Assembly (NCBI GenBank): GCA_035084275.1
Contig: CM068754.1
Coordinates: 15,748,001-15,812,000, forward strand
Source: Hydrolagus colliei
Taxonomy: Eukaryota
DNA: 64,000 nucleotides
Reading direction: 5' to 3'
Part shown: positions 1 to 13,700 of the stretch, in pieces
Layout: each line of letters opens with the position of its first letter
Position numbering within the stretch: the stretch's first letter is position 1
Made by a program: the position numbers and the translations under genes
Notes under the pieces: generated by a model
What the model was told of the DNA's origin: nothing
Databases searched by the model: none
What the model saw: the letters and a program-made list of their open reading frames with translations, nothing else

Positions 1-183
1 ACCTGCAATAATAAAATTGGCCATTTCAATCCACGACTGTTTGTGGGACACTGCTATGTGCAATTGGCTGCCCACAAATATACAGTCAATTCACTTTATA
101 GTATATTCTGTGAAGCGCTTTGAGACGTCTAGAAGATGTGAAAAGCATTATATCAAATGCAAGGATTATTATTATTATTATTA
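1..183 (+). mobile_element. SINE 3' half (further fragments at ~1910-2028, 6400-6520, 24560-24720, 27070-27250, 29836-29990, 30549-30760, 55198-55305, 55470-55660, 58620-58810)
   Basis: Recurrent consensus that gives the spurious '[14 protein letters not shown]' peptides in the ORF track. Confidence 0.85.
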
Positions 184-1747
184 TCTCCATACTATCTCGC
201 AGCTCAAATCTTTCTTAATCAAACAGTGCCATTTGGACCACTGGACTAGCCAGTGTGAGGTGGTTGTTAAGTGATTATAGTCCATCCCACTTCAGTAATG
301 TAAACACAGAAGATGTTTTTATCAGGGACTTGATGCACAAATATTACATCCGGCACATCTCCCATGTGATTTCTGTTTGCGGGGCGCAGATAGCATGAAA
401 AAGAAATGGAGATCTTTGTGTAGGAGGAAAAAGTGTGTACAATAGTGGCACTGTGCAGTTGCCAAAGGAATGCTTGTTTAGTGAGCTATCTTCTGTGGGG
501 TTTCAGAACCAGCTGCTCTCAGGTTAAAGATCCATAGTGTCCTAGAACACCCACATAAGGAACTGGGGCATTTCAGAGGAAATCACTGCTGGTGGACAGA
601 GCAATGGGACTTGTGGTAGGAATTCCATTTAAGTAACGTACGCATATACATACATTATGTGCACTGGAGTTGTTTCAGCCACATTTTCTCTCCATTACTT
701 CAGGCAAGCCTTTACTTTAAAAGTCTTACCACTTTTCAAAGCAATATTAAGGCTTTGTATCGGTTAACTAGCTGAGGAGAAGACATGCTTCTTAATCTAC
801 CATCAAAACTATTTTATCATCATCAATGTAAGGGAGGCTAAATTGATATTAATAACTGAATGTTTGCACTGCAGGATACTTGTACGTGTGTTTTTATCAG
901 AAGTGTATAGCTCAGATCATAAATTATTGCAAATTCTTTATACTTTAGGGGGGAATGTAATGTATCAACACCAGCATCTGGTGTACAACATTCATAAAAG
1001 AATCATAATTTGGATAGTCAGACTTATATGAAGTAGCAGTTGTAATTTAATGCTGTGTGTAATTTACTGGACATACTTGAAAGCAGTTAATAGAATATTT
1101 CATGCACCTTTCGCCACTGTAACTGTTGTGAATAGCGCTCCTAAACTTATGAAGTGGAGACCCTTAAGCCAGCCAGCCGTCGATTTGCTCTTTATGTCTT
1201 TGAATCGGTGTCAACTCACACTATGGGGGCAAGGTCTAGACTAAACTAAAACGTTACGGAGAACTGCTGAGGCCATTGTCCCGTTGTTAGCACCGACTGA
1301 ACGGTTTGTACGGAACGAACCTCTGCGATAATTCTGGTTCCTTGTGCAAGGCGTAGGTCATAAAGATCACCACCAGAGAAACACGAGCGCACACCTGCAA
1401 AACACTCATAAATAACAGCCACTGGCAGTGGTCAATTTAAAAATGGGAGTTAGCCGCTTGGTAAATAACATTCCTGTTACAGTGTGAAGCATTTCTACTA
1501 TATACAGAGATAATGTGCAATGGCGGTCGTAAATTTATTTTATGATCGCCCTGAAAACGTAGGTATATTTGGACTGGAAAATAGAAGTATTCCTAGAAAT
1601 GTTCGTGAGCGGCAGTTTGCCAGTAGCGTTAAGTTGGGAGTGGGATTGAGCTCAGCCACTCGCTGCTGCGAGCTCAAGTCAGAAAAGTCAAAGTTTTAAG
1701 AGGCGACGATGAGAAAACTAAACGCGTGTTCTTATCTCACACAGAGG

Positions 1748-4700
1748 ATGAAGCCTGCGATACAGAGGAGACGTTCAGCACCTACAATGGCCATTAGCAA
1801 AGCTCTGAGCAAAACAAGAAGCCAATCGAGGTGAGTGCTTTTGTTCTTTAAAAGGCGATTGGATTCCGGAAACCTGGAGCTCTCTCTCATCCCCCAAAAA
1901 GGCTGTGGACGCCGGATTTCACCCACAAAAACCGTACAGTCAATTCACTTTACGGTATATTCTGTGAAACGCTTTGAGACATCTAGACGATGTGAAAAGC
2001 GCTATATCAAAGGCAAGGATTATTATTATCTTCAGGACCCAGGCAGATAGCTATTTGTTAGGTCGCGGTATTCAGGGACAGTGGCATGAACTCATCGGAC
2101 GCAATGCTCTGTTTCTGTACCACATCAATACGTAGCACCACCTCGCATTGATAAAGATCCCTTCCACACAGGACAATGTCTTGAATGAGGATGCTTTGTC
2201 ATTCGATGTCCAGCTTTTTTTTAGATAGCCTTGTTGATCATGAGCAGATGGAAGACATTTCAAAGCTTTGTAGCATTTTCATTACACAGTACTTTCAAAG
2301 CAATCGAAAAAATAAATGTTTAGTTTCTCAATCAAACCTACAACAATATTTGTTTGGGGTCAGCGATCGCAATCACTGCTGGTTGGACAGAACAATGTAG
2401 CAGTGTAGACTGAAGCATTTGGGGAAAAAAAAATTCCTCGAATGTACATTTTGCTCTTAATTGTGGCTTGAAGGGTCGATTCCATATTTCTTAATCTACT
2501 TAGGATAGTTGGCAGTGTCAATCGTAAAAATGCTTCCCAAGAAGCTTGAATGGCTTGGATTCCGTCCCAACGCAATTTCCTGGTTAAAAACCATATCTCA
2601 AAAATAGAACTTAACGTACAATTTGTACATGGCTCATTATGGGGTTTATACTGTGTAAGATACTTGTTGTCTTTCCAGCGTTTCAAATTTAGCTCCTTTC
2701 CTTTTCCCGCTTATGGCTGCGTCAATGCTTATGTGTGTGTCAATGACCCGCATTTGGTACATTTTATAGTCAATTTGCTTTGCAGTACAGGTAGAACCCG
2801 TTTAACATGGTCTCGGTTAACTTTTTTTTCGTTATTACGTTGCTGATACTTTGGGAACATATGTTCATTTAACGTTGCGATGTTCGCTATTAGGTCGTTC
2901 GCCAGCGGGTGGAAAGGGGGCACGATGGCGCTAGGACCTGGGAGTGAGCCAGGCCGGCAGCGAGAGACAGAGAGATAGTCGGCAGCGAGTGAGTGAGTTG
3001 GGCAGGCAGTCAGGGAGCGAGTTTTATGTTTTTTTTAAAGAAAATTTTGACGAAAAATGTACCAAAGAACCTAACTCCAGTTTTTACATTAATTCTTGCG
3101 GGAAAAACATATTTGCGTAACGTCGATTCACTTAAAGTCACACTTTTCAAGAACCAAACTACGTCGTTAAGTGGGGTCTACCTGTATATCCTTTACGTTT
3201 GATGTCGCGCTTTTAAGGTGGGGGAGAGCACTGCAAAGCGCTTCACGGGATTTACTGTGAAGTGCAGTGACCGTGTATTCTGGAGACAAACCTCAGCAAT
3301 CAATACGCATAACAGCCAAAAGTCCCACAAACGTCCACGACGCGAATGAGAAGTTTTGCCGGTTTGGGAGAAACTCGTCTGCAGACATTCAAAGTCTCGT
3401 CCAAAAGGACGTTGCACTTCGGAGAGGTAGTTTACTCTCTGACTTTATCCCCCAAACCCTTCACTGTGACTTCACTGAAGGCAGAGATTAAGAGCTTCTC
3501 CTGCGGAGATCACAGGAATAAACCTACTGTGCTGCGCACAAGGCATGTGAGGGTAGGTTTGTGTGTCTGACTGCAAACAAAAGCATGGTTTAGAATGCTG
3601 ACAATCTCCCTTGCACAAGGATTTGGCAGTGATTAAGAATTGGCCTGACTTAACACTAAGGTCAATAGAGTAATGCTGGAAAGGATTTTTCTTCACATAA
3701 ATCCACGAGACTTCGAAGGTTTGGAAGTCAAACCTTCCACCATAAAACATAAAAATCATGCTGTTTCTACAAGATAAAATAAAAGTCCACGGAGGTATTA
3801 AAAGAGACGGGTGACATTTTTATTAAATACTAAATTTGCCAATTTAAACTTATTAAATTTCAACACTGTTAATGGCAGAGCATTGCATGGCAGAATGGCC
3901 TTCTCATTGTCGAGTCCTTGACCACTCTGAATCCTTATCCTCTGCTCATGAAATATTAATATTAGTAGCTATAGAGAATGCCCACATTGCCACCACCAAC
4001 ATGGAGAAACGTGGGAGAAAGTATTAGGAGACATGTTGTTCTTATGCATTCTGCCCAGTATAAAACTCTCACGCAGTTATTACATTAGTGCGCAAACAAA
4101 TTATTCTGCCAGAGGTTTTAAGCCACTATGATACCAATAGAAGTACAATGTTACTGGATGGATCTGAATCTCCGTCCGTTTCAAGATACCCAACGGATCC
4201 TTGTGAGAGCCTGGCAATTTCTGTCTTGGCATTCACTCTCTTGTACACATTGACACTGGGTTCAAGGGCTCCAATCTCTCTCCACACATTTCAACAAAAA
4301 ACTAAAGTACCCAATTCTGTTGGCTTCATGCGATCGGAGGGTTGGTCCGTTCTAACGTCCTCAACTCAAGTGAAGGAGAAGCATTAATCAGACTTCCTTA
4401 TCTAGTTATTAATGATAATAATCCTTGCATTCATTTTAAGCAGCTTTCACGCCGAGAGGACGTCTCAAAGCACTTCACAGGATTTACACTGAAGTGAAGT
4501 GACTGTGTATTTTTTTAATTGACTGCTGAAAGGTCCCTGCAAATCACCCATCTACTTAACCATATATGTGTAAAGGTGCATTTCTAAACGTGTGTCTGCC
4601 TGCTTGCCTTCTTGTAGGCTGTACATCAATGATAATGCGTGTGGATGTATGTATATGTGTACGTATGCATTTGTAATATAATTGATAGCTGAAATGCATT

Positions 4701-7700
4701 GACGTATCCTGCTCCGAATGATGGTTGGGGGTTTACATTAACCTGACCTCTGTCCGTGAAATGAATTAATCCCAGGATTCACATCCCCTGGAATGGCCTG
4801 CACATACTCAGTACCACTCTGGTGTCCCTTGCTGATGAAACTCAGAGAAAACTTTGGGTCCTGAACATTTTCTCAAAGAATTCTTGACTTTATTTGGCAA
4901 GTGGCTGCACTGAAATGTCTCCGTTGTGGAAACTGGGACTGAAAAGTCTAAACAGCTGCTTGTGATTTACAACCACATAATGAGCCGTTGTCAGTTTGGC
5001 TTAGGCTATGAGAGCGTTAGTGGAATTTTCGTACTCCTGGTCTGTTTACAGAAGCCAGAATTTATCCAAACCTAAAACGCAGGTTCAACGTTTCACTGTC
5101 AAAGATTCTCTGCTGGGTTGACGCACGGGCAAACTGCACGAGCCATGATTGGTAATAATTCACTTTTACAACGCCTGGCACCATCGCCAAGTATGTTAAA
5201 TTTTAAAAAAAAGTAGTTCAACATAGTACATAAACTCAAACTGCAATACCAAAATATAGCAGCTCGCCAGGCCGATAAACGAACAGAGATTCGGCTAACT
5301 TCAAAACTTCAATGGCTTTACCTTGTTATTAATCCATTCAGTCATTGGATTTCCCAGCTTTCATCTGCTACTTTATTTGTTGGAAGTAATACATGGTCTC
5401 GAGTCTTTTGGGAACTCAGTGAAAAAAAAAGATTTTTTTTTTTTTTTGCGTCTCTTCATGCCTTCAGAAGTTCAGAGAGTTGGCGGTTTGAATGTGGATC
5501 AGTCTTGCACCAGGTGGAATTTAGTGTCAGCTTGACTCAGCTGGTAACATTCTCGCCTTTGAGGCAGTGGATTGCGGCTGCAAGCCTCCACGTCAGGACA
5601 TTGTACTCACACTTTGGGCTGACATTCTCAATCCATTGCTGGGGAGGTTGGGAGTGGGGGAGAGGTGGGGGGGGGAGGTGATTTGATACGTTGTCGGAGA
5701 TGCCATCCTTTGGATAAGACAGCATCGAGGCCAACGAGTTTAATTGTGATGTTTTTAAGACTGGGGGGTTTACATTGGAGCACTTTATAAACAAAATTCA
5801 ATGACTGTCTCTCTTCCTGCACAGAGATGGACCTCTTTCGCCAGTATCTCCCGACAGCAACTCACTTGTCCGTGCCTTCAGCAGCTCAACATCAACCTTT
5901 ATAATGGACGAACATGTTCAGCTCACAACGGGACTGCAGACACAGGAGAGACACCTCTTCCTCTTCAGTGATCTGTTGGTGATCGCCAAATTAAAGTGAG
6001 TGTTTGGTATTACGCACTGTTCAGTCAGTTCCAAGTGACTTCCATTAAGATTCTGTGTTATGATCAAATAAGTCAGCGAGTCAGCAGATATATAATGCTT
6101 CAAACTGGTTGAATCAGGCACTGTGGTTCCTCATTTAGTTCAGATTGGGTGACACTTTACGGGATTACAAAATAATAATTTGGTCACTCAATCCATGACT
6201 ATGAGAGTGAGTGAATGGCTGTCCCGTTTTGCGCCCAAAAGGCACAGTCAATTCACTTTGCAGTATATTCTGCTATGAACTTTGAGATGTCTCAATGATG
6301 TCATTATAATAATAATAATTATAAGGCATAATATTAAATGCAAGGATTATTATATTACTCGGGGTTACGGGTTAACTGCAGATCCTTGTGACAATTCTTA
6401 TCCATTAATTCGCCCACAAGTATACAGTCAATTCATTTTACGGTATATTTTGTGAAGTGCTTTGAGACGTCCAGAAGATGTGAAAAGCACTATATCAAAT
6501 GCAAGGATTATTATTATTATTGTTTTCTAAAATAATTCTGAAAAATGTCCCTGAAAGAACAAAAAAGGGAAAACACCAGCTGGATCTGTTCATTGTACAC
6601 GATTTCCTTTATAACGAAGTGCGAATGAGACCAATTTATAGAACACTGTTGTAGCCAAAGACAATATCACGTGTTAGATTTAGGTAACGCTTTAACAATA
6701 ATAATCCTTGCATTTGATAAAGGGTACATGTAGTACATGGACTATAGACTGGAGCTGGGAGGGTAGCTTTTAAATAACACCAAGGTTGTGTGCTATATAC
6801 ATGTATGTATGTACTGTATATATTTAGAGAGAGAGAGGTGGGCTTTCCTGACATTGAATATGCGTAAATAAACTCAGGCAAATGGCCAGTACAGGCATGA
6901 TTTCCTGCTCAATGCAGTGCTGGGAATACTAACTGAGATTTTAACTAGCACACATAGTTAAATACCAATAGCGACTGAAGCTTTCTGTTGGTCTTTTATT
7001 ACTACTAATCGTCATTGATCCTAAGTAAGAATAAGAATAATCCTTGCATTTGATATAGAGCTTTTCACGTCTTCTAGACATCTTAAAGCTCTTCACAGAA
7101 TATCCTGCAAAGTGAATTGACTTTATTTGTAGGCGAAACTTGGTGGCCAATAGCGCACAGCAGTGTCCCACAAACAGCTGTGGATTGAAATGACAAATTT
7201 ATTATTATTTTTTCCGAGGGATTATTTATTATAAGGCGTGTGAGTAAGGAAACTCGCCCAAGGTTTTGGCTTGCCTGGAATCAAACCCAGGTCTCTCACT
7301 TGCAAGGCTAGTGCTCTAACCACTGAGCTACAGGAACTCCATTGTGAAATAATGAAGACCTTAAATAGCACGTAGCTTAAGATATCTTCGTTATTATACA
7401 TTTACGTCGAGAGAAATTGTGGAGACAAAATTAGCATCACATGATAATATGTTTGTTCTAGTGATGATCAAAATGAACACAACAACAGTGCTGCAAGTTA
7501 TTGTTGAAACTCTTTTACATTTCCCACCGTTGTTCCCCTTTCTCGATGCCACACAGATCTTCCACGAGCTTAAAGCCAAAGAACCAGGTCAGACTGTGTG
7601 AGATGTGGATTGCCTTCTGCATCGATGAAGTGTGTGAGAGGAAGACGACAGCCGAAAATTCCTTCGTCATTGGATGGCCCACAACTAACTGCGTGGTGAC

Positions 7701-10700
7701 ATTCAGGTGAGTGAAGTGAGGGAGTGAGCGGGCGGGACAGGCAGGCGGGCAAGTGGATGGTCGTAGATGTTTTGGATGTTTCCTTAGCATTCCTTGGAGG
7801 GTGCAGTACAAGTACTATAATAGGGCGTCCAAAGCAATGTTCCTTCTACTTATCAGATCTCAACTGCATCTCTTTCAGTTGTTCGGATGTGAGAGAGAAA
7901 TGGCTTTCAGCTCTGCACTGGTAAGTGTTTTTATTCACATTTGAAGCGGTGGCACTCTCGTTGCCATCCCCACAAACAATGATGTTATAAACGAAACGCA
8001 CCCAACAGAACTGGAGAATTGCAGTGGAATAGGTATTATTTCCTGTAGTTAAACTGCAAGTCGTCTTATCCGCTGCATTTCGCTTTACAAATCTGAAATA
8101 ATACAGTGACAGTGTGGTCAGTTATGAAACACTAAATCAAATGTAAGGATATACAATTTTTTAAAGTGCTTAAGATTACCCACAAGTTCCAAGTAGATCA
8201 CTGATACCTAGGTCGACATGCAGTTTGTAGTGGAGACACCAAGACATGAAAAGCGTCATATCAAATGCAAGAATTATTATTATTATTAAAATTCCTGGTG
8301 TTCGGTCTCTTTACAGGCAAATCAAAGAAATGAAAATGGATGAACTTCGAAAGAAAACATTTATGAAAGTTACGGTCATGCCAGTCAGGAGTTGCACCTG
8401 TGTAAGTATTATCATTTAATTGCTCCATTTTATAGATACAAAGAGCGACAGAAAGGACCTTTCATATTCCTTGCTTCCCTTCAGAATGTGCTAAGCACTT
8501 TGACTGAGTTTTATAATGATAAACAATGTTACAGTGATCTTCTAAAGATAGACGTTTGATCCCAGGATGTTGTCTTCTTACGTAAGCAAACTCTAGCGCG
8601 AAAGATAACTGAAATCTGCGATTTAGCTCCACAAGTTAAAGTGATCGTTCTCGCTGTGACCAGGTTATTCAAACCCGCAAACTTTACTGGGTAACTCAAC
8701 AACGCTCGAATAAGCATAAGCATTTCGCCCCATTTAATTACTGAGCGCAGAACACCAAAAGGAATTTGTTACACTGAATTGATATCCTCCCTCGGTCCTC
8801 AAAGCCATGTCCTTGTCAGTAATTATTTTGCATTGGATTGATGTGAGTTGAGTGGTTTGTTTTTCATTTTCATTTTTGCTCTCAGACATTAACGCTTTCG
8901 GTAAGCAACACAGATACAGCAGACAACGTCATTAAAATGGCAACAAAGCAACTGGAAGCAAGAGTGAGTTACCATCAGATTCATACGCACTCACGAGAGG
9001 CGCTAACATTAACCCTGTTTGCTTTATAATAATAATAATAATCCTTGCATTTGATATAGTGCTCTCAAAGCACTTCACAGAACATACAATATACAATTAC
9101 ACCGCTTGAAGCATTCGAAGTGCGCAGAGACAGCTTGTGACGGATAATGCAAATTATAATGGAAAAACGCTGCGTTAAAATGGAATGGAAAACGTAGCCT
9201 TTTTCTTGCGATCACCGAGGTTTAGATCCTCCCGCGCGCACCTTGCGTCTTGTCTGTGCTTAGCTGCGGACAGACAACCTCGTCCTCCCTACAGCTGATA
9301 CCTATCTTTCTTCCTTGAAGCACAAGCAGGGGAGTGCGGGTGACTACCAGCTTTGGGTGATTTCAGGAAAAGAGGATGCACCGTACCCACTCATTGGTAA
9401 GTCCTGCGAGTTTCCAGAGGTTTGTCACACAGAGAGGTGAGCCTAAAGAAGGCAGGAAATTTGACAATTATTATAATAATTATGATAATAATAATAATCC
9501 GTGCCTTTGATATAGCGCCATAGCACTTTTTCGAGATGTTTCAAAGCCCTTCAATAGCTCCCAACTTATAGAGAGGGAAGGATGTCTTTGGCATAATAGT
9601 CATTGAAATGCTGCAGCTCAAAGGTCCTCATCCAAATTGAAACACACAAGAGCCACTGGATTGAATGGGACTCACAGGTTCGCTCTTGAAAGAGCCGCCA
9701 CTGACACAATCGATTGGATGGCCTCCTTCTGTGCTGTAGATCTCTCTGGTCCTGTGGAAGAAGAACACATTTCTCCGAAGGTCAACACATGGTCAGTTTT
9801 CCAAGGTTCCACTCCGATGCCTCACCAAATCAACTCGACTTCGTAGTCGCTTGTTGGTGACCAGGTCTTGACCTCGCCAGAGCTCGACTGTACTGTGTAT
9901 TTATAGAACAGCAGATGGAGGACTTTCGAGTATGGGAAAGCACTCGTTGGATCGATGCCAAGAGAGGATCATTGACAAGACTGTGGGTGGGTGGTCACGG
10001 CATCGTTCTTGACATCACGAGCTAGTGCGGAGTCTTGACATTCCTCAGCTCCGGAAGACTGTCGTAACTGTCTTCAAATTCTAGCTCATGCGGAGAAGCG
10101 CCACCCGCTTCCAAATTAACCGTGAATTTTTTTTTGCCAATCTGTGTGATCTTAAATTTGAACGCAGAAATGGTCTCGTCAAAGTCTTAAGACTGGATGG
10201 AATTTTTGGTGCCTCGTCTCTCCATCCTGTGCCACCTCACCTAATAATTTTACGTTTGCTGCGCAGTGGTGAGTTTCAATTTCTAAATTTTCCTCATTCA
10301 AACAAACAAACAGCAGTACCTTTTTTCCTTCGTAACACCTTCGCCCCATAAAAAAATACACTCGTCAATTTCACTTCACAGCCCGTTTGGTGAAGCGCTT
10401 TGAGATGTCTCGAAGACGCTATGAGGCGCCACACACAAAAAAAACAAGGATTGTTATTGGCAGGACTAGGATTACAGTAATTATTTCAATGATTTATTGC
10501 CAGGAACAGTGAATGTCTCTTAAAACTGGGGAGCCATAACAAGCAAGAAAAATAACATGCCAACAAGCCGTGATTGGGTTTTGAGGTTGAGGTCGGTGTG
10601 ACCAATTGCGAAAGATGAAGGGAACATGACGAGCGGCATGTTGTCCAAGCGAGGTCACGGGGCAGGACACAGATCCTTGGCCCTGACAAGCCAGGTGTCC

Positions 10701-13700
10701 TTGGCAATAGATATCCAAACCTCTGAGTTCACAGCGATATAAAAAGCCAAAGTTGGCCACAGCACGTCTAAATACTTTAAAACCGGATTAGTGGTGTGGC
10801 TAGACTTACACCACAAATAGACTGGTATGTCACTCCCCCCCGGCAGGAAAGCTAATGGCAATCTCTGCCGTTTAATAGAAAGTCTATTTGTGTCTTAGGC
10901 TGTATTCATTACAGGCAACATTTCTGAACGTGTAAAGGTTCCTTCTATTATTTCATACTAGTTTAGGGGAATTCTTACTTAAGGTTGACTGTTGTGTTGT
11001 GTTATTTTTCGGTCTTTATTCAGACAACCAAAAGTTTTGGACTTTCACATTTATCATTGGCTATTCACGGAATATGAACCTGAAGAATGTGTCTCCGTCG
11101 CAAAGATATGTCCCCATTAAAGAGACTCGGGGACGAACTGATAGTATTGTACAGTGACAGAAACAGCATTAAAGTCATACAAAGTACTGTAGATCAGTGG
11201 TTAGAGCATTCGCCTTACAAGTGTGACACCTGTGTTGGAATCCAGGCAGGTCAGGGCGAAACCTTGGCCAAGTTTCCTTACTCCACACTCCTATAATAAT
11301 CCCATAAAAAATAATAATAAAATTGGTCATTTCAATCCATGACTGTTTGTGGGACAATGCTGTGCTCAATTGGCTGCCATATTTCACCCACAAGTATGCA
11401 GCCAATTCACTTTACAGTATATTCTGTGAAGTGCTTTGAAACATCTAGAAGACATGAAAAACGCTATATCAAGCCCTATATAAATGCAAGGATTATTATT
11501 ATTATATTGTGACTTCATATTGTGTTCAAGTTACTTTTTGAAATGAATCCAATGTCTCGGCTTCAACCACCCTTTCTGGCAACCGGTTTCAGTTGTTAAT
11601 TAACCTCTGGATAAAGGAAATCTGCCTTGTTCCGTCTGTCCGTAGATTGCCCTTTGAAATTCAAAACAATTATCCTGCCTGGTGCATTTCTCTCTCTCTC
11701 TCCCACCACCTCACCCCCTCCTCACCAAAAAAAAATACATTTGAGAAGTAAATAAAAATGAGAAGCTCAATTCCTGGCACCATCCTCCCCGACTGTGGCT
11801 ATTGCTTTGTCTCTGATGTCCCCTTTACACAAAGAATAGTGGAAATCTGGAACTTGTAGCCTCAAAAGTACTGGAGCCCATTGTAATTTTCGATGGGAGT
11901 TGAGGTACAGATCAGACGTGTTCTAGTAGTATGGCGGAGCGGGCTCGAGTTGCCTGAAATGACTTACTCCTGAACTTCTGTTCCCGAATTAATGACCGAT
12001 CAATGAACTGCTCTTCGTTTCAGGGCACGAGTACCCGTTCAGCATCATAACAAACTGCCTGAGAGATGTGGCCGCCCGGGTGGAGAGATCTAACAGCAAC
12101 GTGCAATCACAGGACAGCCACCAAGACGACCTCTTTGAGCAGCTGCCAAAACGCAAGCAATGTCAGTTCATCTTGAAGCCAAGACCCCAGGCTGATGTGC
12201 ATGTGACCAGAGGTGAGCGCAGACTGAAGGAATCCAAACTATTCACTGAGTGGGAAGTGTTTGCATTCAACGGTTTCAATAGCCCAGCACAGCGGGAAGC
12301 ACTCTTCACATTTTTAGGCCCATGAATAATTCGTCCACAATTCGGTGGAGGTTTCTTTTTTCCTGCGGTCAATGATGCAAGTGTGACAAACGATGTCTTG
12401 TGGGATAATTTAGTTCTACCACACCCTTGCGCTAACACGCAATGGTTTGTTCATGATCAGGGCTGTTCCACTTCACCGCTCTACAAGCCTTTGCCCGCGT
12501 CAACCCGCGCCTAATACTCTCCGGAATTAGATAAGCGGGATGCGTCCCTCCAGGGAGAAGGAGAGTGCGCTGTCTATCCATTTTCTTGTGTAGGTGAGAT
12601 GCATGGAATTCCCTGTTTGGTTTGGCTGCCTTTAAGCGCGGTGATGGACTTCCTTCCGTATGTGTCAAACAACCAGCTGACACCCAAAATAATTACTGCC
12701 ACTAGTTCGTTAGAAATTTATAGAAAATGACAGCACAGAAGAGGACCCTTTGGCCCATTGTTTGTGAGCTGGTTCTTTGCAAGAGCAATCTTACTTAGTT
12801 TGCTGAGCTCCGTTACCCCATCCGTAGGCCGGTAAATTACTCATTTCGTTCGATATCTACAGTGTCCAGTTCCCTCTTGTGCTTCAACTAACAACACCAA
12901 CAACAACTTGCATTTATATAGAAGTCCCATTGGGGTATAATTAAGAAGGTCCTTTGGGACAAATTTGCTTTGTTGTTACTGGGAGAGAAGATACGTTATT
13001 GCATTAGGAGGGTTATTATTTCCTGTTGCTCTAGTTAATTGCCACACTAATTGAGATGCACTGGTGTTGTTCCTTCACCGAGGTCAGGCTATTTATGGCA
13101 TAATTGCACGCAGACTGTTCCTGTTTTCGAGTCTCTGTGGAAAATGTGATAGGGATCTGTTTTTACACACACAGATGACATTTTGAAGATTAGTTTCTCT
13201 ATTCAACAACCAGCAGCAAGTTGCCGGCTATTATTGGCTGTGCGTACGCACATTGTTGGTGGCAAACTCGAGTTGCGTAACGTCTCTCACCCATCAAATG
13301 TAATGTGTTATTGTTGCTGTTGTTGTTATTCTTCTTATACCTGCCTTGGCATTACAATTACCTAATCCCTACACTTTACAGAAACTTTACAAAGTAGAGG
13401 ATTGTTGATACAGTACTTTTAAATGCTTGGCACATTATACCTTAGCCGTAGTCTGATTTTCTTTTGTTTCTTTCTTTCTACATTTCCAGTAACGCTTCCG
13501 AGGCCGCTGAAAAAGAAGAAGTCATTGATTGACTGGGCGTTCCGCCGAGGCCCTCACATTAACGCAGACAACGACTCTCAGTCGGGGTCTCCGATAATCC
13601 CGAGGAAGCTTTTTGGCCTCTCGCTGCCCTCCATCTGCAAGAACGGGACCCTCCCCAAGCCCATCAGGGTAAGCGACCCCTTTAGGAAGCTGTACGATCC

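Noticed and set aside
17-274. Recurrent ORFs containing '[14 protein letters not shown]' or 'VWSKETC' peptides
   Set aside because: They are translations of SINE copies with inconsistent frames and stops; they are not a gene family or a CRISPR-like array, since spacing is irregular.
560-640. Possible upstream coding exon of the RhoGAP gene (..TAGGQSNGTCGRNSI)
   Set aside because: The frame is bounded by stops (TAG upstream, TAA before the GT) and has no in-frame start.
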